Shown: positions 47,902 through 57,226, counted from the first letter of the stretch. The stretch is 64,000 nt of DNA from an uncultured Pelagibacteraceae bacterium (GCA_902578325.1 CACHCM010000001.1:19439-83438); one strand, 5' to 3'. Numbers and translations are program-made. Notes: generated by a model not told the origin, from the sequence alone.

Positions 47902-48679
47902 AAACTTTAGGAAACCAATCATCTCTCATCAAATCTCCTGTTTTTAAATTTATCCCATCAAATGGAGGTGAGGTTGGTCCGCCTCTATCAATATATTTCA
48001 CATCATCTCCTATAAATCGCATCGAAAATGCTCTTCGTGAATTAGTAGAATTGTTTCCTGTTGAACCATGTACAGTTTTAAAATTAAACAAAACAGCATC
48101 ACCTAAACTTAATTCTGGAATTAAAATATTTTTTTTAAATGCTTCCTCTGAAGGTAAATCCATAAAATCACTATCATTACTATACCAAGATTCGTTATTT
48201 GACCATTTTATAGGTCTAATTAACTTTGGCCATTTATGAGATCCTAAAATTAATTTCAAATTATTTTTTTGATCAACTTCATCTAATGGAATCCAAAAAC
48301 TTCCAGTATCATTACCATCAACACAATAATAAGGCATATCTTGATGCCAAGGTGTTTCTTTGTGAGTACCTGGATCCTTTATAAAAATATGTTCATGAAA
48401 AATTTGGGTAAACTTAGAGTTAGTTGCTTCAGCTACAATTTGAGCTCCAGGAGAATTAAATAAACAGTCCTTAAATTCTTCTATCCTCTCCCAGTTGCAA
48501 TAATCCTCAAAAAATCTTCCATTATCATGAGTTACATTTTCTCTTCCGTGCTTGCTTGGATTGTCTAAAACTTTTTGGAACCCTTTTCTAAGTGGCTCAA
48601 TCCAACCTTTAAATAAATCCTTAATTATTATAACACCATCATTTTGATAATCTTTAATTTGTCTATCGGATAAAAACAT
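47891..48679 (-). CDS. PhyH family Fe(II)/2-oxoglutarate dioxygenase
   Basis: TPWHQD, WIPLD, GSH, HGS, RRA. Confidence 0.9.
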   Translation of the reverse strand: MFLSDRQIKDYQNDGVIIIKDLFKGWIEPLRKGFQKVLDNPSKHGRENVTHDNGRFFEDYCNWERIEEFKDCLFNSPGAQIVAEATNSKFTQIFHEHIFIKDPGTHKETPWHQDMPYYCVDGNDTGSFWIPLDEVDQKNNLKLILGSHKWPKLIRPIKWSNNESWYSNDSDFMDLPSEEAFKKNILIPELSLGDAVLFNFKTVHGSTGNNSTNSRRAFSMRFIGDDVKYIDRGGPTSPPFDGINLKTGDLMRDDWFPKVFSS

Positions 48680-48681
48680 TT

Positions 48682-49359
48682 TTATTGTTGAAAGCTATAC
48701 TTTTTCTCTAAGTATTTAATCACATTATGGATAATAAAAGTCATGAACAAATAAATTCCACCAGCAACAATGAATACTTCGATTGGTTTAAAAGTTGTTG
48801 AAATTATATATTTAGCAACACCTGTTAAATCCATTAGAGTAACTGTACTTGCAAGTGAAGTACCTTTCATCATCAATATGATTTCATTTCCATAAGCTGG
48901 GAGTGATTGTCGAATGGCAATTGGAATTTGGATTTTGTAAAAAATTATTTTATTTGATATTCCTAAACTTTTTCCAGCCTCAATTATACCAGGTCTTATT
49001 GTTTGAAATGCTGATCTTAAGATTTCAGAGGTATATGCACCAGTATTTAAAGTAAATGCTATTATTGCACACCAATAAGGTTCTTTTAAAATTACCCATA
49101 GAAATGTTGTTCTTAAATATTCGATTTGTCCTAACCCAAAATAAATTATAAAAATTTGAACCAGTAATGGTGTTCCTCTAAATATATATGAATAGCCATA
49201 AGCAAATTTATTAATAAATATATTTTTATTTAATCTTAAAATTGCAAAGAAAAGCCCAAGGAATAATCCAAAAAATAATGATGCAGATAATAATTTTAAA
49301 GTAACTACTGTTGCTCCTAAAAGTTTAGGAAAACTAGTTATCATTAAATCAAAATCCAT
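48682..49359 (-). CDS. Polar amino acid ABC permease (OccM/HisM-like)
   Basis: FRGTPLLVQ, AYTSEI, EAA loop. Confidence 0.92.
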   Translation of the reverse strand: MDFDLMITSFPKLLGATVVTLKLLSASLFFGLFLGLFFAILRLNKNIFINKFAYGYSYIFRGTPLLVQIFIIYFGLGQIEYLRTTFLWVILKEPYWCAIIAFTLNTGAYTSEILRSAFQTIRPGIIEAGKSLGISNKIIFYKIQIPIAIRQSLPAYGNEIILMMKGTSLASTVTLMDLTGVAKYIISTTFKPIEVFIVAGGIYLFMTFIIHNVIKYLEKKYSFQQ

Positions 49360-50051
49360 TAATAACCTTTGCTATATCTAACTTCTAATTTGTTAATTAA
49401 TTTCATACTCACGTAAGTAAGCAGTAGATATAAAACTGCTGCAAATGAATAGAAAAATAATGGATCTCTAGTAGATCCTGCTGCAATATAAGATTGTCTC
49501 ATTATCTCAACTAATCCTGTTACAGAAATAAGAGAAGTGTCTTTTAAAGTTATTTGCCACACATTACTTAGATTTGGAATAGCAAGTCTTAACATTTGAG
49601 GTAAAATTATTTTATAAAATTGACCAAACTTATTTATTCCAAGAACTTTTGCAGCTTCAAATTGACCTTTGTCTATTGATTGAATTGCTCCCCTAAATAC
49701 TTCTGTTGAGTAAGCTCCTGAAATAATACCAATAGCCATTGAACCAGTAATGAAGGCATTTATTTCTATGTATTCATAATACCCAAAAATAGAAGCCACA
49801 TACATAATAGCTCCACTTCCTCCAAAAAAGAAAAGGTAGATTACTAATAGTTCAGGAACTCCACGAATAACTGTCGTGTAAAAATTACCAAGTAAATTTA
49901 AAGTTTTATATTTTGAGAGCTTTAAAGGAGTGAAAATTAATGCAAAAAAGAAACCAACTAACATTGCTGTAATTGAAACAGCAACTGTCATCAGGGTTGC
50001 ATAAAATAACTCGTCACCCCAACCTGTTTTACCAAATGCGAGAAGTTCCAT
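49359..50051 (-). CDS. Polar amino acid ABC permease (OccQ/HisQ-like)
   Basis: RGVPEL, AYSTEVFRG, GQFEAA, LKDTSL. Confidence 0.92.
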   Translation of the reverse strand: MELLAFGKTGWGDELFYATLMTVAVSITAMLVGFFFALIFTPLKLSKYKTLNLLGNFYTTVIRGVPELLVIYLFFFGGSGAIMYVASIFGYYEYIEINAFITGSMAIGIISGAYSTEVFRGAIQSIDKGQFEAAKVLGINKFGQFYKIILPQMLRLAIPNLSNVWQITLKDTSLISVTGLVEIMRQSYIAAGSTRDPLFFYSFAAVLYLLLTYVSMKLINKLEVRYSKGY

Positions 50052-50057
50052 ATAGAT

Positions 50058-50082
50058 TGGCGACTATATATTATAGTCGCCA
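50058..50082. terminator. Perfect inverted repeat between binding-protein and permease genes
   Basis: TGGCGACTATA-TAT-TATAGTCGCCA (11-bp stem), no long U-tract. Confidence 0.65.
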
Positions 50083-50095
50083 GATCTGAAATGAA

Positions 50096-50947
50096 TTACA
50101 TAGAAGCGTCGAAACCAAAGTGCTTAATAGCAAGTTTGCTAATAATTCCTTGTTTTCTAGCTTTGTTAATTGCTTTGTTGAAGTCTTTTAGGATTTTGGC
50201 ATCTCTTTTTCCAATCGCACTGTCGCTAGCTTGTCTTATACCAACACCTACACCATTACCAAATGCACCGCCAGAAAAAGTTGGTCCAACTAATACAACT
50301 GGTTTGCCTGATTTATCTGCATAATCTGTAAATGCAACTGCTGCAGCTAAAGCAACATCACATCTTCCAGATGTTAGATCAAGGTTAACTTCGTCTTGAG
50401 TTTTATAAGTTCTAACATTTACACTTCCTACGTCACCTGACTCTAAAAAGTTTTGGTGAATTGTTCCTGTTTGAGTACATACAGTTTTACCAGCAAGTGA
50501 TCCTGTTAATGTTTTAAGAGCTTTTTTAACATCAGATCCACCTAATGATAAATTAATACCTTCAGGTGTATCCATGCCCTCTAAGCTTGAACCTTTCATT
50601 ACTGCAAGAGAAGCTACTTCATCAGCGTAACCTTGTGAAAACGTAATTGTTTTTTGTCTTTCAGCAGTAATTGACATTCCGGCCATTATTGCATCGAACT
50701 TTCTCATTACTAGAGCGGGTATCATTCCGTCCCAGTCTTGTTCAACAATTGTGCATTCATATTTCATAATTGTACAAAGTTCTTGAGCAAGCTCTACCTC
50801 AAAACCAATAAGATTACCTGATGCATCCTTTGAATTCCATGGAGGGTAAGCGCCTTCAGTTCCAATTTTTATTTTTTCAGCAGAAACATTTCCAATGATA
50901 AATAAAGAAGCAAGTACTGTTAAAATAGTTTTTTTAAATATATTCAT
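50096..50947 (-). CDS. Basic amino acid (Arg/Lys/Orn/octopine-type) ABC binding protein
   Basis: Signal peptide, TEGAYPPW, WDGMIPAL, MSITAER, QTGT. Confidence 0.9.
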   Translation of the reverse strand: MNIFKKTILTVLASLFIIGNVSAEKIKIGTEGAYPPWNSKDASGNLIGFEVELAQELCTIMKYECTIVEQDWDGMIPALVMRKFDAIMAGMSITAERQKTITFSQGYADEVASLAVMKGSSLEGMDTPEGINLSLGGSDVKKALKTLTGSLAGKTVCTQTGTIHQNFLESGDVGSVNVRTYKTQDEVNLDLTSGRCDVALAAAVAFTDYADKSGKPVVLVGPTFSGGAFGNGVGVGIRQASDSAIGKRDAKILKDFNKAINKARKQGIISKLAIKHFGFDASM

Positions 50948-51006
50948 TATTTTCTCCTTTGATTAAGAAGAATTATTTCACAGATTTAAATAAGAAAAAA
51001 GAAAAA

Positions 51007-52047
51007 TTAATGATTAATTGATGAAGAAAAATTCCAAGAGCAATCAAAACTAGGTATGTAAACTCTTGATAATTTTGCGTTTCCAAAATTTTGATTAAAA
51101 ACATTCAGCCAATTTTCAACCTGTTGTGGTTTTTTATCCTGACTCCCTACCTGAGCTGTGATAACTCCTTTTGGTTTTAATATTCTGACTAACGAGTCCA
51201 TATTTTTTGCGGCTAAATCTATACAAAATTGATCGTCATTAAGATCAACAAAAATATGATCATAAGTATCATCGCTTACTGACTTAATACTTTCAAATGC
51301 ATCACCCCATACACATTTAACAGAATTTTTTTCTGTTGCTTTCTTACCAATATCCCCAAGGTGTTTATTACAAACATCTACTACTTCAGGATCTAGTTCG
51401 TACCAATCTATAAAGTTAAAATTTTTAGAAATACATTCTCTTGCTACCCCACCATCACCACCACCTATGATAGCAGCTCTTTCATTATCTTTGTTTAAAT
51501 TTAAACCAGAACCAACAAAAGTAGAGCTGTATAAATGTTCATCAGTAGCTGCAACTTGTATTTCACCATCTATAAATAAAGATTTACCAAATTGTTCTAA
51601 GTCTAAAATTTCAATATGTTGACCTGCTTTAGATTTAAAATCTTCCAAAACATCATTTACAACGTAAGATTTTTGTAAACCTGGCGAGCTATAAATATCA
51701 GGGTAAAGAGATTTGGTATCTCTATTAAATTCTTTTTTAACTATTCTTTTATGTTCAAATTCTTTTTTTATTATATCAATTGCAACCGATGGACTTACTT
51801 TTCCACATGTAAAAAAGTCAAAACTTATAATTCCTTTTTCAGGGAATGTATGAAAACTAATATGACTTTCAGCTAATAAGGCAAGAATTGTAAAGCCTTG
51901 GGGTTCAAATCTATATTTTGAAATATTTAAAATTGTTACTTTTGCAGCTTTTGCAATATCATGAATTACTTTTTCAAATATAGATGGATCATACTCTTTA
52001 GTTGTTCCAATTATGTCTAGAGTGATATGCTCCCCAACTTTAGTCAT
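51007..52047 (-). CDS. Fused S-adenosylmethionine decarboxylase-spermidine synthase (SpeD-SpeE)
   Basis: N-terminal FEPQG, LAESHISFHTFPE, DFFTCG; C-terminal IDGEIQ, IIGGGDGG, ELD, GDA. Confidence 0.92.
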   Translation of the reverse strand: MTKVGEHITLDIIGTTKEYDPSIFEKVIHDIAKAAKVTILNISKYRFEPQGFTILALLAESHISFHTFPEKGIISFDFFTCGKVSPSVAIDIIKKEFEHKRIVKKEFNRDTKSLYPDIYSSPGLQKSYVVNDVLEDFKSKAGQHIEILDLEQFGKSLFIDGEIQVAATDEHLYSSTFVGSGLNLNKDNERAAIIGGGDGGVARECISKNFNFIDWYELDPEVVDVCNKHLGDIGKKATEKNSVKCVWGDAFESIKSVSDDTYDHIFVDLNDDQFCIDLAAKNMDSLVRILKPKGVITAQVGSQDKKPQQVENWLNVFNQNFGNAKLSRVYIPSFDCSWNFSSSINH

Positions 52048-52051
52048 ATAA

Positions 52052-52717
52052 CTAACTGCTTTTATAATTTTTAACCTTTTCTAAGATTTTTTTCATTTCA
52101 GCCAATGAAAGATTCTTAGGCTCACCCATCTTTAAAGCAATAATATATTGATGGCAAATATTTTCTACCTCTTGAGCAAGCTCAAAAGCTTTAGATAAAT
52201 TTTCTCCAAATGCAACCTGTCCATGGTTTGCCATAAGACATGCCTTCCTATCTTCTAAAGCTTTAATCATATTCGCTGAAAGTTCATGGGTACCAAAAGT
52301 TGCATATTCAGAACATCTAATATCTTCACCACCTGCAAGAGCAATCATGTAATGAAATGGTGGAATAGATTTTCCATGAGTAGATACTGCTGTAGCATGA
52401 GGTGAATGAGCATGGACTATTGCTTTTGCTTCCCACTTGTTTTTATAAATATCTTGGTGAAAACGCCATTCTGATGATGGATTTTTTCCAGAATTAAACC
52501 ATGATAAGAAGTCTTTTTCCTCAGTTAAAGACAAAAAAACAATATCTTCTGGTTTTAAAGATTCATACTTCTTTCCAGATGGAGTTATAAAAAAACCTTC
52601 AATACCATCTTCAATTCCTCTCACAGAAATATTTCCTGATCTTAGAGGAGATAAATTAGTTGTGTTCAGTTTAATTGAATACTTAATTACCTCTTCTCTT
52701 TCCTTTAAATTTTTCAT
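52052..52717 (-). CDS. Class II aldolase (FucA/Ald2-like)
   Basis: SGNISVR, TPSG, PSSEWRFH, HAHS, NHG. Confidence 0.9.
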   Translation of the reverse strand: MKNLKEREEVIKYSIKLNTTNLSPLRSGNISVRGIEDGIEGFFITPSGKKYESLKPEDIVFLSLTEEKDFLSWFNSGKNPSSEWRFHQDIYKNKWEAKAIVHAHSPHATAVSTHGKSIPPFHYMIALAGGEDIRCSEYATFGTHELSANMIKALEDRKACLMANHGQVAFGENLSKAFELAQEVENICHQYIIALKMGEPKNLSLAEMKKILEKVKNYKSS

Positions 52718-53784
52718 TTAAATAATTTTTTTAATCCATCAAAAGATGCTTCTGAAATTCCTCTTTCAGTAATCAATCCTGTTACATATTTTGCAGGTGT
52801 TACATCAAAAGCTAAATTCATAGCTTTACTTTTAGTTGGGTATATCAAAACTTTCTTAATTTTATTATTTTCATCTATTCCTTCAACATGAGATAATTCC
52901 TCTGAATTTCTTTCTTCAATGGGAATATCTTTTGCATCTTTGATGTCCCAATCAATTGTTGAGCTTGGAAGTGCCACATAAAAAGGAACGTTATTATCAT
53001 GAGCAGCTAATGCTTTAAGATAAGTTCCAATTTTATTACAAACGTCACCATTGGATAAAGTCCTATCAGTACCTACAATACAGATATCAACTTCACCCCT
53101 CTGCATTAAAATACCCCCTGTATTATCAGCAATGATTGTGTTTGGAATTTCCTCTTCATTTAATTCGTATGATGTTAAGTTTGCACCTTGATTTCTTGGT
53201 CTTGTTTCATCTACCCATACATGAACTGGTATTCCTTTTTTATGAGCATGGTAAATTGGCGATGTTGCTGTGCCCCAATTAATAGTTGCTAACCAACCTG
53301 CATTACAATGTGTTAATATGTTTACTGTGTCTTTCTTTTTATTATAAATTTCTTCAATTACTTTTAATCCATTAATACCAATATTTTCACAAAACTTTTC
53401 ATCTTCATCGCATATTTCTTTCGCTTCATTTAAAGCAATATTTAATAGTTGATCACTATTAATTCCTGTTAATTTTTTTATCATTCGGTCTACAGCCCAC
53501 TTTAAATTAATAGCAGTAGGTCTTGATTGAATTAATTCTTTTGCACTTTTTTTTATAAATTCTAGATCATTATTTTCTTGAACTGCCAAAGCTAGACCAT
53601 AAGCGGCAGTACCACCAATTAGAGGTGCGCCTCTTACCTCCATTATTTTAATTGCATTTATTGCATCGTTTACAGTTTTAAGTTCTTTAATTAAAAATTG
53701 GTGAGGAAGTTTTGTTTGATCAATAATCTTAACAACATTATTTTCAAACCAAATAGTTCTGTACTCTTTTCCCTCTATTCTCAT
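52714..53784 (-). CDS. mtnA: Methylthioribose-1-phosphate isomerase
   Basis: DQTKLP, VRGAP, RPTAINL, THCNAG, ETRP, NKIGT, FDVTP. Confidence 0.96.
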   Translation of the reverse strand: MRIEGKEYRTIWFENNVVKIIDQTKLPHQFLIKELKTVNDAINAIKIMEVRGAPLIGGTAAYGLALAVQENNDLEFIKKSAKELIQSRPTAINLKWAVDRMIKKLTGINSDQLLNIALNEAKEICDEDEKFCENIGINGLKVIEEIYNKKKDTVNILTHCNAGWLATINWGTATSPIYHAHKKGIPVHVWVDETRPRNQGANLTSYELNEEEIPNTIIADNTGGILMQRGEVDICIVGTDRTLSNGDVCNKIGTYLKALAAHDNNVPFYVALPSSTIDWDIKDAKDIPIEERNSEELSHVEGIDENNKIKKVLIYPTKSKAMNLAFDVTPAKYVTGLITERGISEASFDGLKKLFK

Positions 53785-54653
53785 TTATTTAAAACTCTAC
53801 CAGCTACAGTTTTTAATTTCTCTATAGTCTTTTTTGTTCTTTTTTCTGGAGCAGTAATAATTGCTACATCTAAACAATTATTTGTGGGATCATTTGGATC
53901 AACATAACTCTCAAAATTATCTATCAAATTTTTAATCATAATTTTTGCTTTTTCTGCATTTCCTAATAGAACTTTAATAACTTGCTGAACATCAACATTT
54001 TCATGATTTGGATGCCAACAATCAAAATCTGTAACCATAGAGACAGATGCATATCTAATTTCTGCTTCTCTTGCTAATTTTGCCTCAGGCATATTTGTCA
54101 TTCCAATTACATCTGCTTTCCAAGATCTATATAAATTTGACTCTGCTAATGTAGAAAATTGAGGTCCTTCCATAACAACATAAGTTCCATTTCTTTGATA
54201 GTCTATATTTGATTTTTTAATTGCATCTTCACATGCATTCATCAAACCATTTGAGGTTGGATGAGCCATTGATACATGAGCTACTATCTCATCGTCAAAG
54301 AAAGTTTTATTTCTTGCAAAAGTCCTATCTATAAATTGATCTACAATTACAAATTTTCCAGGAGGTAAATTTTCTTTAAGAGAACCAACAGCTGACACCG
54401 AAACAATATCTGTTACCCCTAACTGTTTAAGTGCATCTATATTTGCTCTAAAATTTATATTTGAAGGAGAAACAAAATGCCCTCTTCCATGTCTTGGTAA
54501 AAAATAAACTTCCTTACTATTATATTTAGTTTTTAAAATCTGATCAGAAGGTTTTCCCCAAGGTGTTTGTATATCAATTAACTCTCTTTCTTTGAATTCC
54601 TCAACATCATAAAGACCACTACCACCAATTATTGCCAATTTATTTGTTGTCAT
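53781..54653 (-). CDS. mtnP: Methylthioadenosine phosphorylase
   Basis: IIGGSG, RHG, SAVGSL, EGPQFST, GMT, TDFDCW. Confidence 0.95.
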   Translation of the reverse strand: MTTNKLAIIGGSGLYDVEEFKERELIDIQTPWGKPSDQILKTKYNSKEVYFLPRHGRGHFVSPSNINFRANIDALKQLGVTDIVSVSAVGSLKENLPPGKFVIVDQFIDRTFARNKTFFDDEIVAHVSMAHPTSNGLMNACEDAIKKSNIDYQRNGTYVVMEGPQFSTLAESNLYRSWKADVIGMTNMPEAKLAREAEIRYASVSMVTDFDCWHPNHENVDVQQVIKVLLGNAEKAKIMIKNLIDNFESYVDPNDPTNNCLDVAIITAPEKRTKKTIEKLKTVAGRVLNK

Positions 54654-54694
54654 AATTTAAATATTATTTATTTATACTTTTATAATTAACTATT

Positions 54695-55222
54695 ATGAAC
54701 TTAAAAGATTATATTAGATCTATTCCTGATTATCCAAAAAAAGGTATTTTATTTAGAGATATAACAACCTTAATTAAAGATGAAAATGCATTTGCGGAGA
54801 CAATTAATCAAATTATTCAAAGATCAAAAAATTATAATTTTACAAAAATAGCAGCTATTGAGTCTAGAGGTTTTGTATTTGCATCAGCCGTTTCATTTAT
54901 TCTTAAAAAACCATTTATTATGCTTAGAAAAAAAAACAAATTACCTGCAGATGTTCACTCAGTAGATTTTGAACTTGAATATGGAACCGCAACCATTGAG
55001 GTTCATAAAGATTCAATAAATGAAAAAGATGAAGTTCTAATTATAGACGATTTAATTGCAACTGGAGGTACGGCTGAAGCAGCAGCAAAATTAGTCGAGA
55101 TATCAAAAGGTAGAGTTGCTGCATTTGTATTTGTAATAAACCTTTTTGATCTAGGTGGATCAGATAATCTAGTAAAAAGTAATTATAAAGTTGAAAATTT
55201 AATTGAATTTCCAGGGCATTAG
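54695..55222 (+). CDS. apt: Adenine phosphoribosyltransferase
   Basis: GILFRDIT, ESRGF, LEYG, IDDLIATGGT. Confidence 0.96.
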   Translation: MNLKDYIRSIPDYPKKGILFRDITTLIKDENAFAETINQIIQRSKNYNFTKIAAIESRGFVFASAVSFILKKPFIMLRKKNKLPADVHSVDFELEYGTATIEVHKDSINEKDEVLIIDDLIATGGTAEAAAKLVEISKGRVAAFVFVINLFDLGGSDNLVKSNYKVENLIEFPGH

Positions 55223-55235
55223 AAAGTAAAAAAAC

Positions 55236-55244
55236 TTATCCACA
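55236..55244 (+). promoter_or_regulatory. Perfect DnaA box upstream of guaC
   Basis: TTATCCACA in the 71-bp apt-guaC gap. Confidence 0.55.
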
Positions 55245-55293
55245 GGCTATATAATGTTTGAAATAAATTATTATGATTATAACTTAATAATCA

Positions 55294-56328
55294 ATGAGAA
55301 TTGAGGAAGAGCTTAAGTTAGATTATTCAGATGTGCTTTTTAGACCTAAAAGAAGCACCTTAAAAAGTCGTAAAGACGTAAATCTTTTAAGAACATATAG
55401 ATTCAAATACAGCAAAAATGAATGGTCAGGTATTCCCATAATGGCAGCAAATATGGATGGCGTTGGAGAGCTAAGTGTTGCTGAAAAATTAAATGAATAT
55501 GGAATGATCACATCATTAACCAAACAACATAACGTTAAAAAAATTAAACTAAATAAAAATATAAAAAAAATATATCCTAATATTGCATTAAGTGTTGGCA
55601 TCAAAAAAGAAGATTTTCAAAATTTAGACAAGGTATTAAAAGAATTTAATTTTTTTAAATTTATTTGTATTGATGTTGCAAATGGATACACAGAGCATTT
55701 CACTAATTTTATTAAATCTGTAAGAGATAAGTATCCAACTAAAACAATAATTGCTGGTAATGTAGTAACAGCAGATATGACACAAGAATTAGTTCTAAGT
55801 GGAGCGGATATTGTTAAAGTTGGAATTGGACCTGGAAGTGTTTGTACTACAAGGATTCAGACTGGTGTTGGTTACCCTCAATTAAGTGCAGTAATTGAAT
55901 GTGCTGATGCAGCTCATGGACTTGGTGCGCATGTAATAGCAGACGGTGGATGCACTTGTCCTGGTGATGTGGCTAAAGGTTTTGGAGGTGGTGCTGATTT
56001 TGTAATGCTTGGAGGTATGCTTGCAGGACATGATGAGGGAAATGGTAAAATTGTTAAAGTTAATGGAGAAAAATATATAGAGTTTTATGGATCTAGTTCT
56101 GAAGTTGCAAATAAAAAACACTATGGTGGTTTATCAGATTATCGAAGTAGTGAAGGAAGAAAAGTAAGAGTCAAATATAGAGGTAAAATAAACGATACTA
56201 TTTTAAATATTCTTGGAGGTGTAAGAAGTAGCTGTACTTATGTTGGTGCTCCTTCACTAAAACAATTAAGTAAATGCACAACTTTTGTTAGAGTATCAAA
56301 TCAGTTTAATGATAGTTTAATTAAATAA
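55294..56328 (+). CDS. guaC: GMP reductase (type 1)
   Basis: RPKRSTLKSR, AANMD, DVANGY, GPGSVCTTR, YRSSEG. Confidence 0.95.
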   Translation: MRIEEELKLDYSDVLFRPKRSTLKSRKDVNLLRTYRFKYSKNEWSGIPIMAANMDGVGELSVAEKLNEYGMITSLTKQHNVKKIKLNKNIKKIYPNIALSVGIKKEDFQNLDKVLKEFNFFKFICIDVANGYTEHFTNFIKSVRDKYPTKTIIAGNVVTADMTQELVLSGADIVKVGIGPGSVCTTRIQTGVGYPQLSAVIECADAAHGLGAHVIADGGCTCPGDVAKGFGGGADFVMLGGMLAGHDEGNGKIVKVNGEKYIEFYGSSSEVANKKHYGGLSDYRSSEGRKVRVKYRGKINDTILNILGGVRSSCTYVGAPSLKQLSKCTTFVRVSNQFNDSLIK

Positions 56329-56329
56329 T

Positions 56330-56848
56330 TTATTTTTCAAACTTAAAATCTTTAATATTTGTAGTTTCATATTTCTCAAAAGGCATGTGTATCCAAGGAG
56401 AGTCTTTTAAGTAATCTACAGAATAATCAGGTTTAAATTTTGAAGTTGATTTATGCCATAAAACTGCAGTTTTAATTTTTTCATCAAAATAAAAACCATA
56501 AAAATGTTCTAACCATTTAATACTTTTTATTAAAGTTTTTCCAGAATCAGCTAAATCATCAACTAACAAAACATGTGAACCCAAATTTGGAGTAGTTTTT
56601 GCTAAATCTCTTGAAAAAGTAAACTGTCCTTGTTGATTTTTTATGTCGTCACTATCACCATGATAAGACTCAACAGATAAGATGGCTAAAGGCACATTAA
56701 AAAGTCTACTAAAAACATCACCTAATCTTAATCCACCTTTTGCAATACAAATAATTTGATTGAATTTTAAATTATCTTCATGAACTTTTTTAGCTAATTG
56801 CTCTATCTTTTTATGATAATCTTCCCAAGTTATATAAATATCTTTCAT
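56330..56848 (-). CDS. Purine phosphoribosyltransferase (Gpt/Hpt-like)
   Basis: AKGG, VLLVDDLADSGKT, WIHMPFE; ATG at 56848 (the track's 56881 start lies inside the tRNA). Confidence 0.85.
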   Translation of the reverse strand: MKDIYITWEDYHKKIEQLAKKVHEDNLKFNQIICIAKGGLRLGDVFSRLFNVPLAILSVESYHGDSDDIKNQQGQFTFSRDLAKTTPNLGSHVLLVDDLADSGKTLIKSIKWLEHFYGFYFDEKIKTAVLWHKSTSKFKPDYSVDYLKDSPWIHMPFEKYETTNIKDFKFEK

Positions 56849-56854
56849 AGTTTT

Positions 56855-56931
56855 TGGTAGCGGGAAGTGGGATCGAACCACTGACCTCGGGCTTATGAGT
56901 CCCGCGCTCTAACCAACTGAGCTACCCCGCC
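56855..56931 (-). tRNA. tRNA-Met (CAU), probably elongator
   Basis: GGCGGGGTAGCTCAGTTGGTTAGAGCG...CTCATAA...GGTTCGATCCC...CCCGCTACCA; lacks the C1 mismatch of fMet. Confidence 0.95.
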
Positions 56932-57001
56932 TTAATTGATAAATGGTTTATAATACAAATCTTTATTGTTTCAATAAACTTTTTTTAAATCAAATTCTAA
57001 A

Positions 57002-57226
57002 CTAAACAATAAAATAAATAGCTAACGAGCTAACTAAACCAGCTAAAATAATTGAAAAAACAATTCTTTTTTTTAAAGTTCTTTTTTGATCTAATCGAAC
57101 TCTATTTAGTAAAATATTTACATTTGTAGTTTTAATCTTATTTACTTCAGAATCTTTATTTGTAGCAATATCAGTATTAAACAATGATGTGTCTTGATCG
57201 TTTTTTTTCACAACACATTTAACCAA
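57002..57226 (-). CDS. Small C-terminally anchored membrane protein
   Basis: 74 aa, NVNILLNRVR followed by one C-terminal TM helix; start uncertain. Confidence 0.55.
   Translation of the reverse strand: MVKCVVKKNDQDTSLFNTDIATNKDSEVNKIKTTNVNILLNRVRLDQKRTLKKRIVFSIILAGLVSSLAIYFIV

Noticed and set aside
55236-55244. Replication origin
   Set aside because: Single DnaA box in a 71-bp gap with no box cluster or origin-associated genes
56849-56881. Extended N-terminus of the PRTase in the ORF track
   Set aside because: Overlaps tRNA-Met; the ATG at 56848 is the plausible start
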